From assembly GCA_943704415.1 (NCBI GenBank), contig CALSCO010001112.1:1-40900 (forward strand): a stretch of DNA of 40,900 bases, given 5' to 3'. Numbering within the stretch: the stretch's first letter is position 1; the number at the start of each line of letters is the position of its first letter. The notes under the pieces are model-generated. The model was not told the origin of the DNA, made no database searches, and worked only from the letters and a program-made list of their open reading frames with translations. Origin of the DNA: Parvularia atlantis. Taxonomy: Eukaryota. Position numbers and translations under genes: made by a program. Positions 19,864 through 30,466 of this stretch are shown piece after piece.

Positions 19864-22254
19864 ATGTCGGCGTTGAGCGCGCGCATCTTGGGGCGCGCAC
19901 GCGGTCAGCAACGCGGCCGCGCCGTGGCCGCCGCGCTTTCGTCGTTCGCGCCGGCGGCGCCGCAGCCGGACGGCCGCCGCGTGCCGCCGTTCTACATCGT
20001 CGACACGACGCTGCGCGAGGGTGAGCAGTTCGCGACGACCGAGTTCACGCGCCAGGACCGCGTGTACATTGCGCACGTCCTCGACAAGGTGCGGGTGTGG
20101 GCCGGCGGCCGTGCGGCGCGGAAGGGCTGACGTGCCGCACCGCGGCAAGATCGGCGTGGACTACATCGAACTCGTCAACCCGGCCGCGAGCATGCAGGCC
20201 GTGCGCGACTGCGAGGCCATCGCGCGGCTCAACCTGCGGTCCAAGGTGCTCACGCACACGCGCTGCAACATGAGCGACGTCAAGACGGCCGTGAGCACGG
20301 GCGTCAAGGTGCACGCGCGGTCTGCCGTTCTGCCGCCGTCCCGCATGGCTCACGCGCCGGCAGGGCGTCAACCTGTACATGGCCACGTCGGGGCTGCTGC
20401 GCCAGCACTCGCACGGCAAGGGCATCGACGCCATCATCGACATCGCCTCCGAGGTGATCAAATACGTCAAGAGCCACGGCCTTGAGGTGCGATTCAGCTG
20501 CGAGGACACCTTCCGCTCCGACAAGACCGACCTGCTGCGCATCTACGCAGTGCGCCGCGCGGCCCCACATCCGCACGTGCGCGCGCACAGGCTGATGAGG
20601 GGCGCGCGCAGGCCGTCGACAAGCTGGGCGTTGACCGCGTCGGCCTGGCGGACACGGTCGGCGTGGCCACGCCGTTCGAGGTGTACGAGACCGTGCGCGC
20701 CGTGCGCGAGGTGCTCAAGCCGACGACCGGTATCGAGTTTCACACGCACGACGACACCGGCTGCTGCATCGCCAACGCGTACGTGGCGCTTGAGGCCGGT
20801 GCGACGCACATCGACACGTGCGTCCTCGGCATCGGCGAGGTGCGTCGCGCGTCTTCGTGGCAGCACGAATGCTCGTCTGATCGCGCGACGCGCACAGCGC
20901 AACGGCATTACGCCGCTTGGCGGCTTTCTCGCCCGCATATACACGCTCGACAAGGAGCTCGTCAAGGTGCGTGCGCCACCGGCGTTGCGCGCTCGCTCAC
21001 TAACAGCCGCCGCCGCGTGCGCCAGTCGCGTTACGACCTGACCATGCTGCGCTCGCTCGAGAAGTACGTCGCCCAGGCCGCCGACATCACCATCCCGTTC
21101 AACAACTACATCACCGGCTCGAGGTGCCGTGTGCACGCGCGCGTGTGAGTGTGCGCGCCGCACCGACGCCCCATGCGCCCGCAGCGCCTTCACGCACAAG
21201 GCCGGCGTGCACTCGAAGGCGGTCATGGCCAACCCGGGCGCGTACGAGGTGAGCGCACTGTGCCGATGCACGGCGGCCGTGCTCACGCGCCGCCGCAGGT
21301 GATCGACCCGGCCGACTTTGGCGTCGAGCGCCGCATCCAGTTTGCGCACCGGCTGACGGGCTGGAACGCGATGGCGCACAGGGCCAAGCAGCTTGGTGCG
21401 GCACGGCTGACACCGCAATGCGCTCATCTGTGCGCAGGTCTCGACATCTCGGACGACCAGATCAAGGCCGCGACGACCAAGATCAAGAACCTGGCCGACC
21501 AGCGGTCGATCACGATGGACCAGGTGCGGACGCGGCGCGCGGGTGGTGCAGTGGACGTGACCGTGGTGCTGCGCGCCAGGTCGACGCGATTCTCATGCGG
21601 CTCGCCGCCGGGCCGCGCACGTCGAGCTCGCAATTCATGACCGTGTCGACGACGCACACGTCGACCGAGCTGCAGGTGCGCGCTTTGGCGGCCGGCAATG
21701 TGCGCGCACTGAAGCACGCGCCGGACGAGCAGAAGGCGGCCGAGCTCGCGCGCGCCGCGCTGGCCAAGTACGAGGCCGCGATGGCGATGGAGGCGGTCGA
21801 GTCGCTCGACAAGGCCAAGGCGGCCGGTGCGGGCGCCGTGTGGCCACCGCTGGGTTGACCCTCACACGGTGGCACGCGATCGCGCAGACACCCGCCCGAC
21901 AACGGCCATCCGCGTGACCGGGCACTTGCTCGATAAGGCCCTGCTCAACCGCCTGCTCGACATCGCCGTCGACAGCCCGTGCGACTTTGAGGTGGAGGAG
22001 CTCAATGTGGCGCAGGCCAACGAGCTACACTCGAACGCGGTCATCCGGCTGTGGGGCGAGTCACAGGCACGTCGCCGCATCTGCAGTACCGTGACACCGC
22101 TGCTGACGGGGCTCGCATGCAGGCCGACCTGGACGCGGTGCTCAAGGTGATGCACCAGCTGGTCGAGGGCCACGCGCCGATCGCGCAGTGCACCATGACC
22201 GTGCTCGACGCGCACAGCGGCACGCACAAGCTCGACGACGACCTGCCATTGTGA
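19864..22254 (+). CDS. Homocitrate synthase (alpha-aminoadipate lysine pathway) with a mitochondrial-type presequence and a C-terminal LOR/SDH (Saccharop_dh_N-like) domain
   Basis: [75 protein letters not shown]; last exons read [19 protein letters not shown]. Orthologous to the LYS20/21/Lys4 type. Confidence 0.92.
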
Positions 22255-22294
22255 TTCCGAGCGTGTGTGTGAACGCAGACAGGCATTTGAAGTT

Positions 22295-25200
22295 ATGGCC
22301 GCGTGTCATCGTACGCGCGGGTTGCTCGCGCTGCGCCTGCTTCGCGCGCCGCTGCGCACGGCCGCGACGGGCGCGGGCCCGGACAAGCTCGGCGCGCAGG
22401 CCGCCGCGCACCACCGGCAGCTGCAGCTCGACGAGACCGTGCGCGCGCGCCGGCCGGCCGACACGGTCGCCGTGCTCGCGGCCGCGCAGCAGCCGGGCGC
22501 CGAGGGCCTCGCGCGCCGCCCGCTCGGCGCCAAGACGGCTGACCGCGCGTTCCTGCGCGACTACCTCGCCGAGCTGCACGCGCAGGGGCTGCTGCCGCTG
22601 CTCGGGCCGCGGTGCGTGCTGCGCACGCGTCCAGCTGTGCGTGTTCTGAGCGCCGCACGACGCAGCGGCCTCGTCGACGCCTTCGTGCGGCTCGCGGCGA
22701 TGCATGACGACGACGGCATGGCCGCGCTCTTCGCGCGCGTGCCCGACGCCGACCTGGCCGCCGACGTCTGCGAGGCGTTCCTGCGCGGCTGCGCCGATCT
22801 CGGCCGCCACGACCACGCCGTTGAGGCCTTTGGACGCGTGCGCACGCGTCGGCCGGAGCTCGTGTCGCCGCAGCTGGTCGAGCTGGTGCGCGCCGCGTGG
22901 CGCCTCGCGTCGCGCACGCTCACGTCGCAAGACCAGGTCCTGCTCAGCATGCGTGCGGCCAGCCAGAAGCCGCTCGCCATTGTTGTGGTCGACCAAGCGC
23001 GCGCGCTCGGTGTGCCCATGACCGCACCCATGCTCAACGCGATGCTGCGGTGCGGACTGCACGCGTGCTGCCCGCCGTGGAGCCGCTCACCTGTCTCGCG
23101 CGACGTGGCAGGCTCGCCGCCCTCGCAATCGACCTGCCGTGGGCGCAGCAGCTCTGGGCCGAGGGCGCGGCGGATGTCGACTCGTATCCGCACATGGCGC
23201 GCCTGCTGACCGTCTACCGCCTGCAGCCGCAGGGTGCGCGCTGTTGCACCTGCTCGCCGCACAGCCAGCGGCCTTATCGCGCGAGGTTGAGTAGTGCTGC
23301 AGCTTGTGCGTGAGGCGATCACGCGCGGGGCGGCGACACCAGCGCTGTTTGCGGCCGTCTATGCGGCATGCGAGCTCACCGGCAATCTCGACCTCGTCGA
23401 CATCGTGCGCTCGTGTGCGGGCTGCCTGCACGGTCGCGGCTGACGCAGTTGCTGCCGCAGATTGTCAGGCGCGAGGCGCGCCAGCTGCCGCCCTCGGTCG
23501 TCGTCGGCTCGCCCGCTCTGCTCACGCCAATCTTGCGCCTGTGTAAGCGCCGCCAGGGCCGCGAGCGCGCGACGCAGTACGTCGACATGGCGCTGGGTGC
23601 GCTGCCCGCCTGCTGCATCCACAGCCGCACGGGCTCACACGCCGCGCCAGACGTGCTCGAGAGCCGCGCGAACGGGACAGATTGGAACTTTCTTAGCGAG
23701 GTGGCCGACACGGTTGCGATGACGGGCGAGCCGCGGCAGTCGATACGTCTGCTGCGCATCGAGTGCGTGTGGGCGCACCGCCTGCCGTAGCTGCTCACGC
23801 GCGGACGCTGTCAGGCGCATGGCCGGCATGCCCACCAGCCGCGGCCGCCTCGACCGCGTGGCGCGCACGCTAATCCAGGCCAGCCGCGCGGCTGACGTGC
23901 TCGAGCTGTACACTGAGTTTGTACTGTGCGTGGTGCTGTGCCGCGCGTGGCCCGGCTCGGAGCACTGAGCTTGTGCCCGAGCAGGTCTGGGCATGTGCCC
24001 AGCACGGGCTTCTTGCTGCGCGTGGGGTACACGATCGCGATGCTGCCATCCGTGCCGGGCGAGCTGGTGGAGCAGTTTGTGAAGGACGTGCGCACGGTAC
24101 GCACGGCGGCCTGTGCGTTGCGCCCGGGGGGGTCACGCCTGACGCGCGGCGGCAGACCGGCATCGAGCTCGACCGCAACACGCTCATGTCGCTCGCCGTG
24201 CGCGCGCTCACGGCCGAGCCGCCGCTCGACACGGTCGACGAGCTCGTGGCCTACCTCATGGGCGCCTTCCCGGCCTCGGTCGGCTCGCTTGACGCAGCGA
24301 ATGCGGTGAGCGCAGAGCAAAGCACGTTTAGCGCGCCGTGCTCACACGCTTGCGCGCACAGCGTTACGCGCTAGGCTCGAGCGTGCACGCGGCCGTCGCG
24401 AGTGCGCTGGCGCAGACCGCGTTCACGGACGCCGAGAGCAACGTCGCGACCGTGATCGGTGCGTGCGCACGCAGCCAGCACAGCGCAGCGCACGCTTGAC
24501 GCGCGGTGCACGCAGGCCTGCTGCGGAGCGGCTGTTTGCCGGAAGCAGTGACGTGGTGGCAGCGCGTGCGGGACACCGTGCAAGCGGCCGAGCCGCTCGC
24601 GCAGGTGCTCCTGGCCGCGTGCCGCCTGCCCAAGGACAACGCTGGGATGAACCCGCTTGCGCTGCGCGAGTTTGTGAACGACGTGCTCGCGACGGTGCGC
24701 ACCCGAGCAGGCGTTTGTCCGCATGCCCATGACCCCGTGCGCACAGACTGTGCGCGACCAGCGACGGCTCATCGCAAGCGACGCGCTCCTGGCCGCGGCC
24801 GTGATCGACGCCTACAGCTTTGTCGGCGATGTCGCGGGCGCGTGGCAGGTCTTTCGCATCGCGCAGGCGCAGGGTGCGCACGACGCGTGTGGCTGCTGTG
24901 CCGCGCTCACCGCCGTGTGGCGCGGCAGCTGCCGACGGGCGCGCCCCAGCGACGCTGCACAAGAAGCTGCTGTACGCGCTCGTGACCAACGGGGCGTTTG
25001 TTGAGGCGCTCGAGGCGGCCGACATGCTCGTGCGTGCGCGTGCGAGCAGTGCGGGCCGCGGGCGGGAGGTGACGCGTGTGTGCAGAGCGACGCGGACGTG
25101 CCGCTCGACGGCGAGCTGTTTGACGTGCTCATGCAACTCTACCGCAAGATCAACAACGTTGCTGGTGCGTGGCTACGCCGTGTGCGCGCACAAGGAGCGA

Positions 25201-26961
25201 CTGACGGGTGCGTCGCGCAGGCATGCGCAAGCTGTTTGAGACGATGGTTGCGCGCGGCGTGTCGCCGAGCCCGCGCGGTTTGTCCTTCGTTGTGTCGACG
25301 ATGGCGGCGCAGGGCGACTTTGACGGGGCCGTGAAGCTGATCGACCAGGTGCGCGCCGCGCCGCGCCGCGCCCGCGCCACGCAGCCTGACTGGTGCACGC
25401 CGCGCTCAGGTCAACGCGTCCCTCGGCACGACGTCGTCCGACCCGTGGCCGCTCTACACGAAGCTCATCCTCGCCAACAGTCGCAAGGGCGACATCGACG
25501 CGGCGATGCGCCTGTACCAGGACGCGGCGCGCAAGGGCTGGCAGATGACGCAAGGCGCGGCGCTGACGATGATCGAGTCGCTGCTGGACACGCGACACTT
25601 CAACCTGGCCAAGCGGGTGCGCACGCACGCGGGTTCGCGCATGCAGCGGGGATGCCTGACGCGGTGTTGGCAGCTGTTTGAGACGACGATCAACGACCAG
25701 GCCGTGCTCGACGTGGAGGTGCGCCCTGGTTTGGTCGCCGTGTTTCGCGCGCGTGGCTGACCGAGCGTGCACTCAGACGTTCAATACGTACGTCAATCTG
25801 CTGAGGCACCTCGACGCGCCCATGAGCGCCGTGCTCGCGGTGCGCCTGGCGGGCAGCACACAGCGCGTGCACCCTGAGCGTTGCTGCAGGCATTTGAGCG
25901 GGCGGCTGGGTGGCGACGGCCCGAGCCGCTGCAGGCGGTGCGCGTGCCAGCGTACACTCGGCTGCAGGGCTGCTGACACCGCCGCATGCAGGCGAGACTT
26001 GAGCCGGCGAAGAAAGCGGCGAGCGAGCTGCCGATATGGCCCTCGCGCGGCGTGCGTCCCCGTCACCAGGCGCACCGCGCGCGGCTGACGACTGCACAGA
26101 CGCAGATCGCGCCAAACGCGCACACGTACGCCAACCTGCTCAAGGCCGCGCAGAACGTGCGCGACTCGGACCAGCGCGTGCAGCTGGCGCGGTGCGGCAC
26201 CGTGTGCGGCCTGGACGCGTGATCAGTGCTGATGCGCGCGCAGGCTGCTCGTGGTCGACATGAAGGAGCGCCAGGTGCGCGCGAGCCGCGGCGTGCACAC
26301 GGCCCTGATCGAGCACCTGGGCAAGAGCAATCAGCTCGACCAGGCGTGGGCGGTGCGACCGGCGGGTGCTGGGCGGCACTGGGGCAGCGTTGACGCAGGC
26401 GCGCACCGCAGGTGTACAACCAGATGCTGCAGGAGCAGCACGTGCCGTCGCTGTGGACGATCCACGCGCTGCTGGACGTCTTTGGGCGTGTGCGTGCGCC
26501 GGTGTGCGCAGCAGCGGTGCACAGTGGCTGATCGCACGGGTAGAACCGCGACTACGACCGTGTCGAGGTCGTGTACAACCACCTCGCGCTGTACCGCATT
26601 CGACCGAGCCAGGAGACCTTCCGCATCGCAACCGGGGTGCGGTGCAAGGCTGCTGCTGTCTGCGCACGCTGTCGCTCATGCCTGCCGCGCGCCAGGTGTG
26701 CCGCATGGACCCGCTCGAGGTTTCGGTGCACTTTGAGCGGCTGCAGCGCGAGATCAGCGCCGAGTTTACGGTGACGCGTTCCAGGCGGGCGTGGTTCTTC
26801 GGGACGGCGCGACAGGACGACCCCGGTGCGCTGTCTACGCCAGCAGTCAGCGCGCGGCATTGTGCTGACGCGTGCGGGCCGCCACAGGCACGCAGATCGT
26901 CGACGTGTCCGACCGGGTGCTCGGCCGCCTGTTCAAGCAGAGCGACGCGCGCGAGGCATGA
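22295..26961 (+). CDS. Large multi-exon pentatricopeptide-repeat (PPR) protein, probably mitochondrial
   Basis: 35-aa PPR-like units such as LYTKLILANSRKGDIDAAMRLYQDAARKG, PNAHTYANLLKA and VHTALIEHLGKSNQLDQAWAVYNQM; Arg/Leu-rich N-terminus. Not every internal junction was verified, so it could be two genes. Confidence 0.72.
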
Positions 26962-26993
26962 CGATCATGCTATGTACAGGCTGGTACAGGGCA

Positions 26994-28592
26994 TCAGTAC
27001 GTGCGGCGCTGGCGGCGCGGACGCGGCAGGCTCTCGGCGGTGACGTGGGCGGCCGAGAGCTCGACGCTCTGCTCGGGCGCGCTGGGTGGCGGCAGCGACC
27101 GCTTGGAGTAGCCGAGCACCGACAGGGGCAGCTTCGGGTGGTCCATGCGTGCTAGCGACTGCCGCTGCAGCACGTTGGCGTTGGACCAGACGCGGTGCGT
27201 CGGCTCCGAGTAGGTCGCAAACAGCTGCTGGACGGCCGCGCTGCGGGCACGGCGCACGCGGTGATGAGGGCCGCAGCACGCACGCGGGCGGCGCACACCA
27301 CACGTCGTCGGCCTTGTCACCCTCGCGCTCGCAGTACAGTACGTCGACGTGGCCTGCGCATCGCGTTGCATCAGCTGAGCAGGTCAGCGGGCAGTCTGCC
27401 GACGCACCATCGACGCAGCCGATCATGAACACGACCACGGCCGCCCAGTCGCTCAGCTCCATCTTGACGCCGACGATGACACCGGCTGCACCGGGCAGCT
27501 CCTGTGCGCGCACGCGATCACGGCGCGCGAGCAGGTGTCGAAGGCGGCGCACGCACGGTGAGCATGAGCGTGGTGAAGTCTCTGTAGGTGAGCTGCTGGC
27601 CAGGCCACCGTGTGCAGACCGTGTCCCACGTGAAGGACAGCGACTCAAAGTCGGCCCTGTCGAACTGCACGGGCCGTCAGTCGCGAGCAAAAAGCCCGGC
27701 GCCCACCGAGAAACGCACGGCTATGTCGCCTTTCCGGTTGTTGATCACGCACTCGGCACGGACGCGCCAGTAGCTGCTGTGGCTCTGCGCTAGCCGCCCG
27801 CTGCACAGACCGCTGGTCGGCTTGCGTGACTCGGGATCGGTCACGCGGTGCACCAGAAACATGAGCTGGTCCGCGGTGTCGACGACGATCCAGCCGGGTG
27901 CCAAGCTGAGCGCGAGCATGTTTGTCGGCGCGAGGGCCTGGTCGCTCGTCCAGTGCTGCTTGCTCACTAGCCGGAACTTGCGCGTGCAGCGCACGCTTGC
28001 CAGCGACGTCCACATGCGGCCCGTGTCGTCCAAGCCCGACGCGTGCACGTCTGCGGCATCGCGCGCGCGGCTGAGCGGCCGCCCGCCTGCTCTCTGTGCT
28101 CGCGCACACGCACCGAAGAACGCGCCGTCGCTCTCCTCGGCCACCACCAGCCGTATCTGCGCCGGGTCTGCTGCCGCATCAGCGCAGAGGAAGGGCACGC
28201 GCACGCGCGCAAAGAGTCGCACCCATCCCGCCCGCGAAGATGCCAAAGGCGTGCTCCGCGAGCAGCTCGAGCGGCTGCGCGACACCGCGCATGTGCCACA
28301 GCTGCAGCTCGAGCTGCAGCACGGTGTCGTCGAGCACGAAGCGGTATCCGACTGCGCGCCGGCTCAGGTCACGGTGGCGCGCAGCGTGAACTGAAAAAAG
28401 CAAACCGAGCATCTCGCCTGCGAGCGCGGCGTAGCGCGGCGCGGCGCACGCGAAGCCGAGCAGCACCGATCCCTGCCGCAGCACGCCGCGCGTGTCCTCC
28501 ACGCGCTCGATCGGCACGGCGACGCGCGGCAGCGGCGGCGGCGCGCGTCTCGCGCGGGTTTCGCGCCACCGCAGCCAGGCGAGAGCCGGCAT
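26994..28592 (-). CDS. DCAF15-like CRL4 substrate receptor
   Basis: N-terminal LPRVAVPIERVEDTRGVLRQGSVLLGF resembles DCAF15 LPPRVCVSLKNIV...GHIFLGF; C-terminal SNANVLQRQSLARMDHP resembles TNEALHKGCSLKVL. The middle is divergent. Confidence 0.55.
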
Positions 28593-30453
28593 GGCTGCCG
28601 TATTCGACGCGAGCGCGGCCATGCTGCATCCGACGACGCCGCCCGCACCGCCCGCGCCGCGCGTCCTTGTGCACGGCTTCAAGGGCAGCCTGCTCGTGCA
28701 CCGCCCGACCGGGCGCCTGCGCTGGGTCACGCTCGGCCAGGCGCTCAACCCGTTCCGCCTCGACGCGCTGCCGCTGTGGACCGTCGCCGGTTCGCCGCCC
28801 GCCGCGCCGTTGTGCGTCTCGCGATTGGTGCTCGCGATGGACGGCTGATTCAGGCAGCGCGCCGCGCAGCGAGGTCGCGCTGCCGCTCACGTACGGCGAG
28901 GACGGCGTGCAGCACACGGGTGACCTCGAGCCGGCCGGGCTGATCGAGACCGTCGGGTTCTTCCCGTTCACCGCGCAGGTGCGCTGCGCTGATCGGGCGC
29001 GAATTGCGCACGTGCTGCTCAATGGCGCGCAGTACTACGGGCCGTTCCTGCGCTGGGCCGAGCGCCAGGACGCGCCGCTGTACAAGTTCTGCTACGACTG
29101 GGTGCGCGCCCGTGCCGGCCGCACCGCGCACTCGCGGGCTGACGCGGCGGCCAGCGACGTGACAACCTCGAGAGCGCCGCGCGTCTCGAGAAGGCGCGGA
29201 CACGCGGCTCTGGTGAAGGGCGTTGCGCTGACGGACGCGCCGCAGTTCCTCGAGGAGATCCGCGCGCGGCACAACGCGCCCGTGCAGGTCGTCGCGCACA
29301 GCATGGGCGGGATGCTCTCGACATACGTGATGCACCGGCGGCCCGAACTGTTCCACAGGTCGGCGCGCTCGTGCGCGCGCACCGTCTCAAACGGTCAGCT
29401 CACGCGCGCGGCATGCGCACAGCGTGCTGTTTGCGGGCGTGCCATTCCAGCTGACGGCGGCGTACATCAAGGTGCGCCGCAAACGTGCTCGACCGTGTAC
29501 GAAGGCCTTACGCGCCCACGCGCCCAGGACATCTCGCTGGGCAACCACACGGGCTTCAACCCGCACGTGCGCCGCGCCGCGCTGTGCGGTCGGCGACAAC
29601 ACCGGCATAGACGGCTCACGCCCGCGCCAGCTCACAAACCCCGAGATCCTGTTCTCGTTCTCGTCCGTGTACTCATTCTTCCCGCTGGACGGGCACGGCC
29701 TCGAGCACCCGGACGGCTCGCCGGTCGACATCGACTTTTACGACGCGCAGCACTGGATCGACCACAAGATCGGCATGTGCGTCGTGCGCACGCGTGGGCG
29801 CGCAGAGTAAGGGGCAGGGCTGACGCTAATTTGCGCAGCTTCAACGACATCACCAGCGTGACCGTGCGCGCTGCTGCGTGGCGCGTGCTCGGCTGTGCGC
29901 TCACAGCGCGTCTATGCAGGACTTTGGGCCACAGCACATTGAGCACCTGCGCCGTGCGCTCGCCAAGGCGAAGCAGTTCCGGCTGGGCCTCGAGCCCATC
30001 GCCGGGTTCGCCTACCCGCCGATCGCCGTGGTGCGGCTCGGCTGCTGCCGATGGCAGAGTGCTCACGCGCGGCCGCCCGGCAGCTGGTCGGCACCGGCTA
30101 CCCGTGCCTGGAGCACATCGTCAAGGACGGGCCGCGCTCGGTGCGCGGATACGACTACGACACGCGCCCGCTGGTGCGTCTGCGCAAGTGCGCTCGCATT
30201 CGCGGCTCACACGGCGCACGTGCCGGCAGATGGACGGCGACGAGCGCGTGACGAGTGCGTGCGCACCCGCTGCGTCGTACACACTCTCACGCACGTCGCA
30301 GCCGAGCGCGGCTTGCCGCCGCCTGGCATCCCGTACAAGGTCTGGACGACGAAGTACAAGCACACGCAGCTGCTCAACGACCTCAACGTCGTCGTCGAGA
30401 TGTTCGCGCACCTGGAGCGCGAGGCGGCCAGCCGGTCTGTGTCGACGTCATAG
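28591..30453 (+). CDS. Alpha/beta hydrolase of the LCAT/PGAP1-like lipase-acyltransferase group
   Basis: VLVHGFKGSLL oxyanion motif, FCYDWRRDN, VVAHSMGG nucleophile elbow, GDERV acid and KHTQLLND His. Start is 28591 or 28621; TAG at 30451-30453. Confidence 0.85.
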
Positions 30454-30466
30454 CCTCCATTTTACT

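Noticed and set aside
13526..26961. Cluster of mitochondria-targeted genes (RPO41, HCS, PPR)
   Set aside because: Three of four adjacent genes with no shared pathway or motif; compatible with chance.
28352..28449. Possible non-canonical micro-exon in the DCAF15-like gene
   Set aside because: A single canonical GT-AG intron (28352-28405) explains the region more simply.
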